NCBI GenBank assembly: GCA_903864935.1 | Contig: CAIPHT010000006.1 | Span: 37,129-101,128, forward strand | From: Candidatus Vogelbacteria bacterium | Lineage (GTDB): Bacteria > Patescibacteriota > Minisyncoccia > Phycocordibacterales > XYD1-FULL-46-19 | DNA length: 64,000 nt | Reading direction: 5' to 3' | Part shown: positions 24,512 through 32,850 of the stretch, one piece after another | Layout: each line of letters starts with the position of its first letter | How positions within the stretch are numbered: position 1 is the stretch's first letter | The notes under the pieces: generated by a model | Database searches by the model: none | Told to the model about the DNA's origin: nothing | The model's input: only the letters and a program-made list of their open reading frames with translations | Made by a program: the position numbers and the translations under genes

Positions 24512-24877
24512 ATGGAAAAGCAAACTGTAAAAAAAGAATATGTCATTGATGCTACAGGGCAAGCCTTGGGACGCATTGCGAGTGAAGCCGCTAAGGTTTT
24601 GCGTGGCAAAGATACTGTTGAATTCATCAACAACATCGCTCCTAAAGTTACCGTTAAAGTTATCAATGCTAGCCATATTGATGCCAGCCAGAAGAAGCTT
24701 AGGGAAAAGATTTATACCCATTATACTGGTCATCCCGGTGGCTTGCGCAAAACCTCTCTCGCTCGTATGATTGAGAAGAAGGGTTGGGAAGAGCCCATCA
24801 AGAAGGCCGTTTATGGTATGCTCCCAGCCAATCGTTTGCGCGCGGTCATGATGAAGAATTTAATAATCACCGAATAG
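24512..24877 (+). CDS. rplM: 50S ribosomal protein L13.
   Basis: YVIDATGQALGRIASEAAKVLRGK... and YTHYTGHPGG match L13. The start is moved to the ATG at 24512, the sixth codon of the ORF-track frame. Confidence 0.85.
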   Translation: MEKQTVKKEYVIDATGQALGRIASEAAKVLRGKDTVEFINNIAPKVTVKVINASHIDASQKKLREKIYTHYTGHPGGLRKTSLARMIEKKGWEEPIKKAVYGMLPANRLRAVMMKNLIITE

Positions 24878-24901
24878 TTCAATATATTCACTATAAATAA
24901 T

Positions 24902-25315
24902 ATGGCAACTACTACCACAACCAAAGAAAGATATGTCGAGGCAATCGGCCGTCGCAAGACGGCAACCGCCAGAGTCCGTCTCACCAAGGCGAGCAAGGAC
25001 AGCGTCGTTGTTAACAACAAGACCTTAGACGCCTACTTCCCAACCATTGAGATGCGTGAGCGTGTTAAGAAGGCTCTGGCTAAGATTGGCGAACACGGTG
25101 CCTTTGCTATCTCCGCTCAGATTACTGGTGGGGGAGTAAGCGCCCATACCGATGCCATGATTATGGGTCTTGGACGTGCCATCATCAAGATCAAGCCTGA
25201 GATCAAACCTGAGATCAAGAAAGAAAAGATGTTAACCCGTGATGCCCGCGAGAAAGAACGCCGCAAGTTCGGCCTCAAGAAGGCTCGCAAGAGTCCTCAG
25301 TGGAGCAAGCGTTAG
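24902..25315 (+). CDS. rpsI: 30S ribosomal protein S9, with a Lys/Glu-rich insertion before the conserved C-terminal tail.
   Basis: GRRKTATARVRL, the conserved core, and a C-terminal ...ARKSPQWSKR. Confidence 0.85.
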   Translation: MATTTTTKERYVEAIGRRKTATARVRLTKASKDSVVVNNKTLDAYFPTIEMRERVKKALAKIGEHGAFAISAQITGGGVSAHTDAMIMGLGRAIIKIKPEIKPEIKKEKMLTRDAREKERRKFGLKKARKSPQWSKR

Positions 25316-25329
25316 TCTCAAATCCTACC

Positions 25330-25360
25330 AATCAGCCCAGTTGACAAACTGGGCTGATTT
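25330..25360 (+). terminator. Hairpin terminator after the rplM-rpsI operon.
   Basis: ATCAGCCCAGTT-gaca-AACTGGGCTGAT followed by a weak T tract. Confidence 0.45.
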
Positions 25361-25416
25361 AGTGTTCAATAGAAAAAGAAAATACACTCGTGCCAAAGGC
25401 ACAGGAAAGGAAGAAT

Positions 25417-25557
25417 ATGAGCTGCATAGATCAAGTCGGTATTGTTGTCTTTGCTGCGGGAGTGGCCTTGGTTGTCTTTTCCATGTATAGACTCATGGCA
25501 GAGGCCCTGAGTTCAACCGAAAAAGACAAGGAGCCCTTTGGGATTGAATGGTTTTGA
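25417..25557 (+). CDS. Possible 46-aa single-TM small protein. Not in the ORF track because it is under 60 aa.
   Basis: SD ggaaaggaag 6 nt upstream. Hydrophobic core IVVFAAGVALVVF. Strong terminator immediately downstream at 25574-25615. Confidence 0.25.
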   Translation: MSCIDQVGIVVFAAGVALVVFSMYRLMAEALSSTEKDKEPFGIEWF

Positions 25558-25573
25558 CCTACCGATAACTACA

Positions 25574-25615
25574 CCCGGCGCGCCCCAAGCGCGCCGGGTG
25601 GTTTCTTTTTATTTT
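25574..25615 (+). terminator. Rho-independent terminator.
   Basis: CCCGGCGCGCC-ccaa-GCGCGCCGGG followed by tggTTTCTTTTTATTTTT. Confidence 0.65.
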
Positions 25616-25619
25616 TCTT

Positions 25620-25890
25620 AATTTATGCCATAGTAAAACTACACAGCTTAAGGGCTCACTTGCCACAAGTTCTAGGACAGAAACTTAATCTTGTGCAAAG
25701 GAGGAGAAGACGGAGGGAAGACCTCTGAGATGAAAAAGGTCTTACATTGGGCAAGACGGTAGGTATGACAGATGGGAAGACTGCGGTTGTTCCCCGCACC
25801 CCTGTCACTGGCAAGCTGAATGGGCCGAGCTGGATAGGGGTGTCACAATAGTGGCATCCCGCCTTTTTATTTAAACTTATCCCCATTTTT
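25620..25890 (+). ncRNA. Candidate structured non-coding region. The strand is unknown and no family is assigned.
   Basis: About 270 nt lies between a strong terminator and the REP element, with no credible ORF. Several local hairpins, for example AAGACCT-ctgagatgaaaa-AGGTCTT. I see no convincing match to RNase P, SRP, tmRNA or 6S RNA conserved motifs. Confidence 0.2.
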
Positions 25891-25896
25891 GTATAC

Positions 25897-25919
25897 TATG
25901 CGAGATTGGATATCGCACA
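25897..25919 (+). repeat. REP hairpin (tatgcgaGATTGGATAtcgcaca).
   Basis: 7-bp stem and 9-nt loop. Identical core at 26640, 30888 and 49459, and an inverted copy at 26105. Confidence 0.7.
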
Positions 25920-25949
25920 ATAAGGGTTTTTATGATAATATAATGACCA

Positions 25950-26624
25950 ATGAGGGAGAAGCCCACGGAAGACTACATTTATCACATTTTTAATCGCGGA
26001 GTAGACAAGCGAGAAATTTTTTCTGATGACAGTGATCGTCAACGTTTTTTGGCCTGTCTTTATCATTTTAATGACACAGCTCAAGTGAGAAATATCGATC
26101 GCGTGTGCGATATCCAATCTCGCACAAATGACGACCGGGATAAATTAGTGGAGATACTAGCCTTTACCCTGATGCCTAACCACTTCCATCTCTTAGTAAA
26201 ACCTCTGATTGAAGACGGTGTTTCTGAATTTATGAAAAAAATTGGTATTGGCTACACTCATTACTTTAATATAAAAAACGAACGATCAGGAAGTCTCTTT
26301 CAAGGTAAATATAAATTTGTAAGGATAGAAGACGATGAGCAGCTAAACTATATACCTTATTACATCCACTTTAATCCAGCCGAACTCGTTGATTCGGGAT
26401 GGAAAGAAAAAAAAGTTCAGGATAGTCAAAAGGTTTTTGATTTTTTAAAATCTTATAGATGGTCAAGTCTTCGAGATTATCTCGGCCAAGACAATTTCTC
26501 TCAAATTATAGACAAAGGGGTCCTGACAGACTACCTAGGGAGCCCCGAAGAATTTGAGAAGGAAATCTCTGCTTGGCTCAAAGAAATGGGCTCAATAGAC
26601 CATACAAATCTGTGGATAGAGTAG
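25950..26624 (+). CDS. IS200/IS605-family Y1 (HUH) transposase of the RAYT type.
   Basis: YHIFNRGVDKREIF, HUH motif NHFHLLV, then GYTHYFN....SGSLFQGKY with the catalytic Tyr. 224 aa, which is typical RAYT length. Confidence 0.8.
   Translation: MREKPTEDYIYHIFNRGVDKREIFSDDSDRQRFLACLYHFNDTAQVRNIDRVCDIQSRTNDDRDKLVEILAFTLMPNHFHLLVKPLIEDGVSEFMKKIGIGYTHYFNIKNERSGSLFQGKYKFVRIEDDEQLNYIPYYIHFNPAELVDSGWKEKKVQDSQKVFDFLKSYRWSSLRDYLGQDNFSQIIDKGVLTDYLGSPEEFEKEISAWLKEMGSIDHTNLWIE
26105..26127 (+). repeat. REP hairpin copy in inverse orientation, embedded inside the RAYT coding sequence.
   Basis: tgtgcgaTATCCAATCtcgcaca, encoding DRVCDIQSRTND. Confidence 0.6.
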
Positions 26625-26639
26625 CCAAAATATCCTTAT

Positions 26640-26662
26640 TGTGCGAGATTGGATATCGCACA
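26640..26662 (+). repeat. REP hairpin (tgtgcgaGATTGGATAtcgcaca).
   Basis: Perfect 7-bp stem; see 25897. Confidence 0.7.
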
Positions 26663-26746
26663 TATTGCATAAAATGGCTATTTTGATAGAATTAAGGTCA
26701 AGATAGTTAAGAATAAGAGAAAATTAGCTAAAATAGCTTATAAATT

Positions 26747-27319
26747 ATGACTAAAAACATAGACGAAAACGAGGAGGATTTTGAGTTCGTGGAGAATACC
26801 GAAGATAGGGCGCCAGAGGCAGCCGAGATGGGCGGGAAATTGAAGAAAGTTAAAGAAGAACTCAAAGCCTGCCAGACCGAACGCTCTGAATACCTTGATG
26901 GCTGGCAACGCGCCAAGGCAGACTACCTGAATCTTAAAAAGGAGGGGGAAGCAGGGAAAAGCGAGCTGGCCAAATGGGCCAAAGAAGGAGTACTTGCAGA
27001 TCTCTTCGTTCTCGCCGACAGCTTCGAGATGGCCTTCATCAACAAAGAAGCTTGGGAGCAGGCACCAGAGAATTGGCGGAAGGGGGTGGAATATATTTAT
27101 AACCAATTGCAAAACATTTTCCGCGACCACGGAGTAGAAGAGATAGAACCCAAGGTGGGCGACAAATTCAATCATGCGGAACAGGAACCCATCGCGACAA
27201 TTGAAACTGATAACAAAGAAGAAGATGATGAAATTGTTGAAATAATTAAGAAAGGTTACCGTCTACATGGGAAGATAGCGAGACCGGCGAGTGTAAAAGT
27301 TAAGCATTATCAAAATTAA
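26747..27319 (+). CDS. grpE: Nucleotide exchange factor GrpE.
   Basis: Coiled-coil N-terminus and a conserved GrpE core (LADLFVLADSFE...HGVEEIEP.GDKFNHAEQEPIATIE..IVEIIKKGYRLHGKIARPASVKV). Directly upstream of dnaK. Confidence 0.8.
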   Translation: MTKNIDENEEDFEFVENTEDRAPEAAEMGGKLKKVKEELKACQTERSEYLDGWQRAKADYLNLKKEGEAGKSELAKWAKEGVLADLFVLADSFEMAFINKEAWEQAPENWRKGVEYIYNQLQNIFRDHGVEEIEPKVGDKFNHAEQEPIATIETDNKEEDDEIVEIIKKGYRLHGKIARPASVKVKHYQN

Positions 27320-27438
27320 TTTCCAATTATCAATTCTCAATTTTCAATCAAGTCTCCAATGTTTCAATTTTAAAATTTACTGAAAATTGAGAACTGAAAA
27401 TTGATCATTATTAGATTAAAAAACAGATAAAAATAAAC

Positions 27439-29415
27439 ATGAGCAAGATATTAGGCATAGACTTAGGTACTACAAATTCAGCAATGGCGGTCGTTGAGGG
27501 CGGTTCTCCACGAATCGTTGAGAACGTTGAAGGTATGCGCACCACCCCGTCTATCGTGGCCGTTTCTAAAGCTGGCGAGCGACTGGTGGGACAATTAGCT
27601 AAGCGCCAAGCCATCACCAACCCAAAAAACACTATCTTCGGGGTGAAGCGCTTGATGGGTCATAAATTTAACGATCCCAATATCCAAAAAGACAAAGGGC
27701 TCGTCTCCTTCACTATGGAGCAATCCACTGATGGTGGCGTGCAAGTGAAGTTGGGAGATAAGGCCATGCGTCCTGAGGAAGTCTCCGCTCAAATTCTCCA
27801 GAAATTAAAGCATGATGCCGAAGCTAAACTTGGCGAGAAGATTGAAGAAGCAGTGATTACTGTCCCGGCCTACTTCGACGACTCTCAACGTAAGGCCACC
27901 AAGGATGCTGGCGAGATTGCCGGCTTCAAGGTTCGTCGTATCATCAACGAGCCAACAGCCGCCGCGCTCGCTTATGGCCTTGATAAGAAGAAGGATGAGA
28001 AAGTGGTGGTCTACGACTTCGGCGGTGGAACCTTCGACGTCTCGGTCCTCGAAATTATCGGTGGGGAAGAAGAGCAGAGTATCTCCGTTAAGTCCACCGA
28101 TGGTGACTCCCATATGGGCGGTGAAGATATTGATCAGAAGATTATCGAATGGATTGGTGGCGAATTTAAAAAACAAAATGGTATTGATATCACCAAGGAT
28201 GAGCTCGCTCTCCAACGTTTGAAAGAAGCCGCCGAGAAAGCCAAACATGAGCTCTCGACAATGAACCAAACCGAGATTAATATCCCATTCATCACCTCTG
28301 ATGCCAATGGCCCCGTGCACCTCAACATGAGCATGACGCGCGCCACCTTGGAGGACCTCTCACGTGAGTTCGTCGACAAGTCTATCGAGATTACTAAACG
28401 CGCCATGGAGGCCTCTGGACTGGCTATGAGCGATATCAACGAGATTATTATGGTAGGAGGTCAGACCCGTATGCCAGCCATCCAAGAGGCGGTGAAGGCC
28501 CTCTTCGGCAAAGAGCCGAACCGTTCAATTAACCCAGACGAAGTGGTCGCTATCGGCGCCGCTATCCAAGGAGGGATATTTGCCGGTGATGTGAAAGATG
28601 TCTTGCTTCTTGATGTCACCCCACTTTCCCTTGGTATCGAAACCATGGGGGGAATTGCCACCAAGATTATTGAGCGCAATACCACTATCCCAACATCGCG
28701 CTCCCAAGTTTTCTCAACCGCCGCCGACAATCAACCCTCCGTTGAGATTCATATTGTCCAAGGTGAACGCGAGCTCGTTGGTGACAACAAAACTCTGGGT
28801 CGCTTTATCTTAGATGGTATCCCACCAGCCCCACGTGGCCTGCCCCAAGTCGAGGTCACCTTCGATCTTGATGCCAATGGTATTTTGTCGGTCAAAGCAA
28901 AAGAAAAGACGACAAACAAAGAACAATCAATTCGCATTGAGGCTAAAACAAGTTTGAGTAAAGAAGATATCGAAAGAATGAAAAAAGATGCTGAACTTCA
29001 TGCCGAAGAAGATAAGAAAAAGCGTGAAGTTATCGAGACTCGGAATATGGCGGACCAACTTATCTATCAAGCTGAGAAAGCAATCAAAGATGTCGGAGGC
29101 ACCTCAGGTGCCGGAGATACTGTAAGTACAAATAAGATCCCCGAAGATATTAAGAGGGGAGTTGAAGACAAAATTACTGCTCTCAAAGGTGTGAAAGATG
29201 GCGAAGATCTCACTGCGATAAAAACCGCGACCGAAGCCCTCTCCACCGAAATGCAAAAAATTGGTGAAGCGATGATGTCCTCCTCCGCTAAAGCTACGGA
29301 AGGACAAGAAGGCGCTAACCCCGCCTCGGATGCATCCTCGGCGGGCGACACCGACGACACCAACCCTTCCTCCGATTCCCCCGAAGGCAACGTCCGCGAC
29401 GCTGAGACCAAGTAG
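27439..29415 (+). CDS. dnaK: Molecular chaperone DnaK (Hsp70).
   Basis: [38 protein letters not shown], and a substrate-binding domain with a C-terminal lid. Confidence 0.95.
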   Translation: MSKILGIDLGTTNSAMAVVEGGSPRIVENVEGMRTTPSIVAVSKAGERLVGQLAKRQAITNPKNTIFGVKRLMGHKFNDPNIQKDKGLVSFTMEQSTDGGVQVKLGDKAMRPEEVSAQILQKLKHDAEAKLGEKIEEAVITVPAYFDDSQRKATKDAGEIAGFKVRRIINEPTAAALAYGLDKKKDEKVVVYDFGGGTFDVSVLEIIGGEEEQSISVKSTDGDSHMGGEDIDQKIIEWIGGEFKKQNGIDITKDELALQRLKEAAEKAKHELSTMNQTEINIPFITSDANGPVHLNMSMTRATLEDLSREFVDKSIEITKRAMEASGLAMSDINEIIMVGGQTRMPAIQEAVKALFGKEPNRSINPDEVVAIGAAIQGGIFAGDVKDVLLLDVTPLSLGIETMGGIATKIIERNTTIPTSRSQVFSTAADNQPSVEIHIVQGERELVGDNKTLGRFILDGIPPAPRGLPQVEVTFDLDANGILSVKAKEKTTNKEQSIRIEAKTSLSKEDIERMKKDAELHAEEDKKKREVIETRNMADQLIYQAEKAIKDVGGTSGAGDTVSTNKIPEDIKRGVEDKITALKGVKDGEDLTAIKTATEALSTEMQKIGEAMMSSSAKATEGQEGANPASDASSAGDTDDTNPSSDSPEGNVRDAETK

Positions 29416-29421
29416 GTTTTA

Positions 29422-29456
29422 GAAGTTGGCACTTCGCGTAGCCAAGTCCAACTTCG
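29422..29456 (+). repeat. Short-form GAAGTTGGACTTC-family palindromic element immediately after the dnaK stop.
   Basis: gaagttggCacttc-gcgtagcc-aagtccaacttcg. The arms are inverted relative to the pyrD copies. Confidence 0.5.
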
Positions 29457-29534
29457 AAAACTTTAATTTATTCAAAAGGAAAACCCACCGTGTGTCAGAC
29501 GGAGGGTTCTCCGAATTCACACGGCGGGTGGGGA

Positions 29535-30359
29535 TCAATACGCCTTAGTTTCCAGGCAGTGACGAACACCGTAGTCTGCCTCTTTCGAGTGGGTCTCCCC
29601 AAGGCTAATGGCGATCGCCAGGGCACGCTCAGGATCTTTTTTGGCTAGTCTCAACAGCATTTTCGCCAAGTTGGGGCTCTGGTGCGGACATGCGAACATG
29701 ACTGTGCCAAGAGTGTCAGCCATAAGCTCTGGCGCCAAAAACCAGAAAACCTCAGGAAGATTTAGAAAGTGTTCATTCGTCTTGGGATTACATGTCGCTG
29801 AAATACCCGCCTTGGTGAGAAGAGCAAGGGCCTCCGCTAAATTAAGGCCCTTGGCCGCATGGGCAATTCGCGTAAGCTCCACCGCCTGATTTGCCATTTC
29901 TTGGCGGGCCATCGCTTCCTTCTCTCTCTCATTCTTTCCCTTAATATACCAATAAATGGGGAGGGCCATAAAGTAGAGAACGAGCACCTCTGTGACAGAG
30001 AACAGGGCAACCCACAGCGGAGTCGGAAGGTTCGTGATCCCGAAGAAATAGATAAACGGGACAAGAACAACCCCAGTAAAGGCCAAGATCGCTTCTCCAC
30101 GAAAAATAAAATTCTTCGCGTCGGGGTCAAGCGCATTCCAAAACCCTTTCAACTCTTTCCGCACCGTTGCCCACTTCTGGCTCAACTTCTTGCCGTAAGC
30201 AAGGTTGACCATAGAAGCAAGGGCGATCAAGGCACACGGCAGCATGACCTTAAAGGGTTGGGACATCATCGCCGAGGCCAACATGGACAGGAGAAGGCAG
30301 ATGGCCAAAACCACAACTTCAAGTCTCTTCGCGTTCATGACAATGTTCCTTTTCTTCAT
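29535..30359 (-). CDS. Hypothetical multi-pass membrane protein.
   Basis: 274 aa with at least four predicted TM helices. It sits in the insertion between dnaK and dnaJ on the opposite strand. Confidence 0.4.
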   Translation of the reverse strand: MKKRNIVMNAKRLEVVVLAICLLLSMLASAMMSQPFKVMLPCALIALASMVNLAYGKKLSQKWATVRKELKGFWNALDPDAKNFIFRGEAILAFTGVVLVPFIYFFGITNLPTPLWVALFSVTEVLVLYFMALPIYWYIKGKNEREKEAMARQEMANQAVELTRIAHAAKGLNLAEALALLTKAGISATCNPKTNEHFLNLPEVFWFLAPELMADTLGTVMFACPHQSPNLAKMLLRLAKKDPERALAIAISLGETHSKEADYGVRHCLETKAY

Positions 30360-30550
30360 CCGCGGGGAATGCTCAGGGCCGATTTCTACGCAGGGTAGAC
30401 CTAAGTCACCTTCGCCTGCAACAGAGCAAGCTACGGCGAACCAAGGAGGGGGTTGCCCTAATCAGCTGATTTCAAGAGTGCCTTACTGAATTTCAGACAC
30501 TCACTTTCTGCTTCTAATTATACTCTCATTTTACTGCCCTGTCAAGCCAT

Positions 30551-30590
30551 GGTAATCATCCATTCACGACCGTGAACGATTTGTTACCTT
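30551..30590 (+). repeat. 40-bp imperfect palindrome, third copy of family A (ggtaatcatccattcacgaccgtgaacgatttgttacctt).
   Basis: Same architecture as 4932-4971 and 5557-5596. Confidence 0.6.
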
Positions 30591-30616
30591 GTTCGAAACC
30601 TTTCCCCCAACAAAAG

Positions 30617-30649
30617 AGCCCGCCATACGGAGGCGAGCTCCATTGGCGG
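30617..30649 (-). terminator. Terminator hairpin E1, a paralogue of 30946-30978.
   Basis: cccgcca..ggaggcgagctcca..ttggcgg, followed on the minus strand by CTTTTGTTGG. Confidence 0.5.
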
Positions 30650-30677
30650 ACTAGCGGTTTGGCAGTGTCCTTTCCGT

Positions 30678-30794
30678 TCAACAAAAGGCCTTAACCAGAA
30701 AGTACAGCACCATCCCTCCGACGACGAGCACCATCAACCACTGTGGCGGACCAATCGGAACAGGGTCGTCATCCCAATATCTTTTCTCACTCAT
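30678..30794 (-). CDS. Possible 38-aa single-TM micro-protein.
   Basis: SD aggaga 6 nt upstream. Hydrophobic core LMVLVVGGMVLYFLV. The terminator hairpin E1 at 30617-30649 lies downstream on the minus strand. Confidence 0.25.
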   Translation of the reverse strand: MSEKRYWDDDPVPIGPPQWLMVLVVGGMVLYFLVKAFC

Positions 30795-30887
30795 GGCGAA
30801 TCTCCTCTAAGTTGCCATCGTTCTGCTTTCTATTATACACCTTTCTATTCTCTCTGTCAAGCCCAACTCTTGTCTAAAAAACCTTAG

Positions 30888-30910
30888 TGTGCGAGATTGG
30901 ATATCGCACA
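30888..30910 (+). repeat. REP hairpin copy (gtgtgcgaGATTGGATAtcgcacac, 9-bp stem).
   Basis: Identical to the RAYT-flanking REPs. Confidence 0.7.
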
Positions 30911-30945
30911 CTTTAGTAAAATGTAGATAAAAATATAAACAAAAG

Positions 30946-30978
30946 ATCCCGCCAACAGAGACGAACTCCATTGGCGGG
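30946..30978 (-). terminator. Terminator hairpin E2.
   Basis: cccgccaacagagacgaactccattggcggg matches E1 at 28 of 32 positions. T-rich on the minus strand. Confidence 0.5.
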
Positions 30979-30995
30979 GGAATAAGCTGATTATC

Positions 30996-31211
30996 TTATC
31001 TCCTGGATCTCTCCCACTCCTCTCTGGTAAAGCCAAAAGGTATGTAGGCCGGAGCAAGAGATGAGGAAGTGCTTCTTGAGGGCCCGTGGGGTAAAATCAG
31101 ACGGGCACACCTCTCAGCGTCACCCTGTGGTTGGCGGGGTGTCTCCACCCTGATCTTGACGGATCCATCGTCTGGAACACAGCAATTATATCCACCGTTT
31201 AGGTCAGCCAT
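30996..31211 (-). CDS. Small hypothetical protein (71 aa, contains a CC pair).
   Basis: SD agggag 9 nt upstream on the minus strand. Terminator E2 downstream. Confidence 0.35.
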   Translation of the reverse strand: MADLNGGYNCCVPDDGSVKIRVETPRQPQGDAERCARLILPHGPSRSTSSSLAPAYIPFGFTREEWERSRR

Positions 31212-31327
31212 GATAAAATTCTCCCTAGGGTTAGATGTTCACACTCTGTCTGTACGATAGCATTTTTTATATTATTGTCAACCCGACCCTTGTTCATCCT
31301 TAAAAACATAGTATAATCAACATCATT

Positions 31328-32449
31328 ATGCCCAAAGATTATTACAAAACTCTAGGTGTGGAGAAGGGGGCCTCGAAGGAGGAGCTCAAGAAAGCCTTCC
31401 ATAAACTCGCCCACAAACATCATCCTGACAAACAGGGTGGCGATGAAGCGAAGTTCAAAGAAATTAACGAGGCCTATCAAATTCTCTCAGACGACAATAA
31501 GCGCGCGCAATATGACCGCTTCGGCGAAGCGGGAACTAATGGCGGATTTGGTGGAGGACAACCAGGGGGCGGGCAAGGTGGAGGCTTCGGCGGATTTGAT
31601 TTCTCGGGCTTTCAAAATGCTAATGGCGGACAAGGTTTTGAATTTGATCTCGGTGATATCTTCGGCGAAATGTTTGGTGGCGGCGGCGGACGCGGTCAGG
31701 TACGACGTGGACGCGATATCTCTGTCGATATTCAGATTAGCTTCAAAGAGGCGGTCTTTGGTGTAGAGCGCAATATTTTAATCAATAAAATTAGCGAATG
31801 TGATACTTGTCATGGCTCTGGTGCGGAGGCTGGCTCACAAATGAAAAAATGTGCCACTTGTGGCGGCAAGGGTAAGGTCAACGAAACCCGTCGTTCCATC
31901 TTCGGCACCTTCCAATCTTCCCACGAATGCCCCGACTGTCATGGCAAAGGCGAAGTCCCAGACAAGAAATGCAAGACCTGCCGTGGCGAAGGTGTCTATA
32001 ACAAGCAAACAAATATTAAAGTTGCTGTTCCCGCTGGCATGGATGCCGGCGAGATGATACGTCTCACTGGACAAGGCGAAGCGGTTGCCGGTGGACAAGC
32101 CGGAGATCTTTATGTGAAAGTTCATATCGAGAAAGATAATATTTGGAAGCGAGTGGGTAATGACCTCACAACCGAAATTAAAATTAAATTAACAGATGCG
32201 CTCTTAGGTTCTGACTACAATCTCGAAACACTCGATGGCCCATTAACGCTTAAAGTCCCGGCCGGCCTCACCTATGGCGAAATATTGCGTGTGAAGGCGA
32301 AGGGGGTACCGGCACGTTCCGCCTCCGCCAGAGGCTTCGGCGAGACAAAGCGAGGAGACCTACTTATCCGCGTCACTTTTCCAACACCAGCCAAACTCTC
32401 CAAGACGGCTCGCAAAGCTATTGAGGATCTTCAGTCTGAGGGCCTCTAG
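31328..32449 (+). CDS. dnaJ: Molecular chaperone DnaJ.
   Basis: J-domain with HPD (KKAFHKLAHKHHPDK), a G/F-rich linker, four CxxCxGxG zinc-finger repeats, and a C-terminal domain. Confidence 0.9.
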   Translation: MPKDYYKTLGVEKGASKEELKKAFHKLAHKHHPDKQGGDEAKFKEINEAYQILSDDNKRAQYDRFGEAGTNGGFGGGQPGGGQGGGFGGFDFSGFQNANGGQGFEFDLGDIFGEMFGGGGGRGQVRRGRDISVDIQISFKEAVFGVERNILINKISECDTCHGSGAEAGSQMKKCATCGGKGKVNETRRSIFGTFQSSHECPDCHGKGEVPDKKCKTCRGEGVYNKQTNIKVAVPAGMDAGEMIRLTGQGEAVAGGQAGDLYVKVHIEKDNIWKRVGNDLTTEIKIKLTDALLGSDYNLETLDGPLTLKVPAGLTYGEILRVKAKGVPARSASARGFGETKRGDLLIRVTFPTPAKLSKTARKAIEDLQSEGL

Positions 32450-32521
32450 ACATAAGCTCCCAATTATGATATAAGATGGAGAGAGGAGCTATCCTGACAA
32501 CAGGAGAAAGGAAACCCAACC

Positions 32522-32680
32522 ATGCTTCTGACTGTTGTGGAATTGTTGGCAATTGTTTTCTTGTCCCTAGGAATCTATGTTCTGCTCTGCTGGATAAGAA
32601 AGGACAGCAAGGAAAAGAGGGAACAGAAAAGGCAAGAACAGCTCCACAGAGGAGCAAGTATGCCAAAGACTTACGACTAA
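32522..32680 (+). CDS. Possible 52-aa single-TM small protein.
   Basis: SD aggagaaagg upstream. TM helix LLTVVELLAIVFLSLGIYVLLCW. Followed by terminator D2. Confidence 0.3.
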   Translation: MLLTVVELLAIVFLSLGIYVLLCWIRKDSKEKREQKRQEQLHRGASMPKTYD

Positions 32681-32693
32681 CCTTAGCCACACC

Positions 32694-32762
32694 ACCCGCC
32701 GGCGCCAAACGGAGACCCTCCGTCTGGCACACGGCGGGTTTTCTGTTTTTTCAAAATTACCC
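32694..32762 (+). terminator. Double-hairpin, probably bidirectional, terminator. Member D2 of a three-copy family.
   Basis: cccgccggcgcc...cggagaccctccg...ggcacacggcggg followed by TTTTCTGTTTTTT. Related copies at 29470-29530 and, inverted, at 49503-49552. Confidence 0.55.
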
Positions 32763-32807
32763 CGACCTATTTCCCATACTTATAATTATAACCTTATGTA
32801 CAAAATC

Positions 32808-32834
32808 AGACGGCCGTCCAAAAGTGTACATAAG
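32808..32834 (+). repeat. 27-bp direct repeat, left copy (agacggccgtccaaaagtgtacataag). Contains the perfect palindrome GACGGCCGTC.
   Basis: 26 of 27 identical to 33403-33429, in the same orientation. Confidence 0.65.
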
Positions 32835-32850
32835 GTTCTTTATAAAATAT

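Larger units (their letters stand above)
25897..26662 (+). mobile_element. REPtron: a RAYT (REP-associated tyrosine transposase) gene flanked by REP hairpins.
   Basis: REP copies at 25897-25919 and 26640-26662 bracket the IS200-like Y1 transposase gene. Confidence 0.75.

Noticed and set aside
25656-25886. Minus-strand 76-aa ORF between rpsI and the RAYT
   Set aside because: No SD. Cys/Pro/Arg-rich low-complexity translation, typical of an out-of-frame reading of structured GC-rich DNA.
25620-25890. RNase P RNA, SRP RNA or tmRNA in the rpsI-RAYT intergenic region
   Set aside because: ACAGAAAC and GGGUGCGG-like fragments exist. However, the full conserved P4 (GGAAAGUCCGGGC), the SRP domain IV motif and the tmRNA termini are all absent on both strands. 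It is kept only as an unassigned candidate ncRNA.
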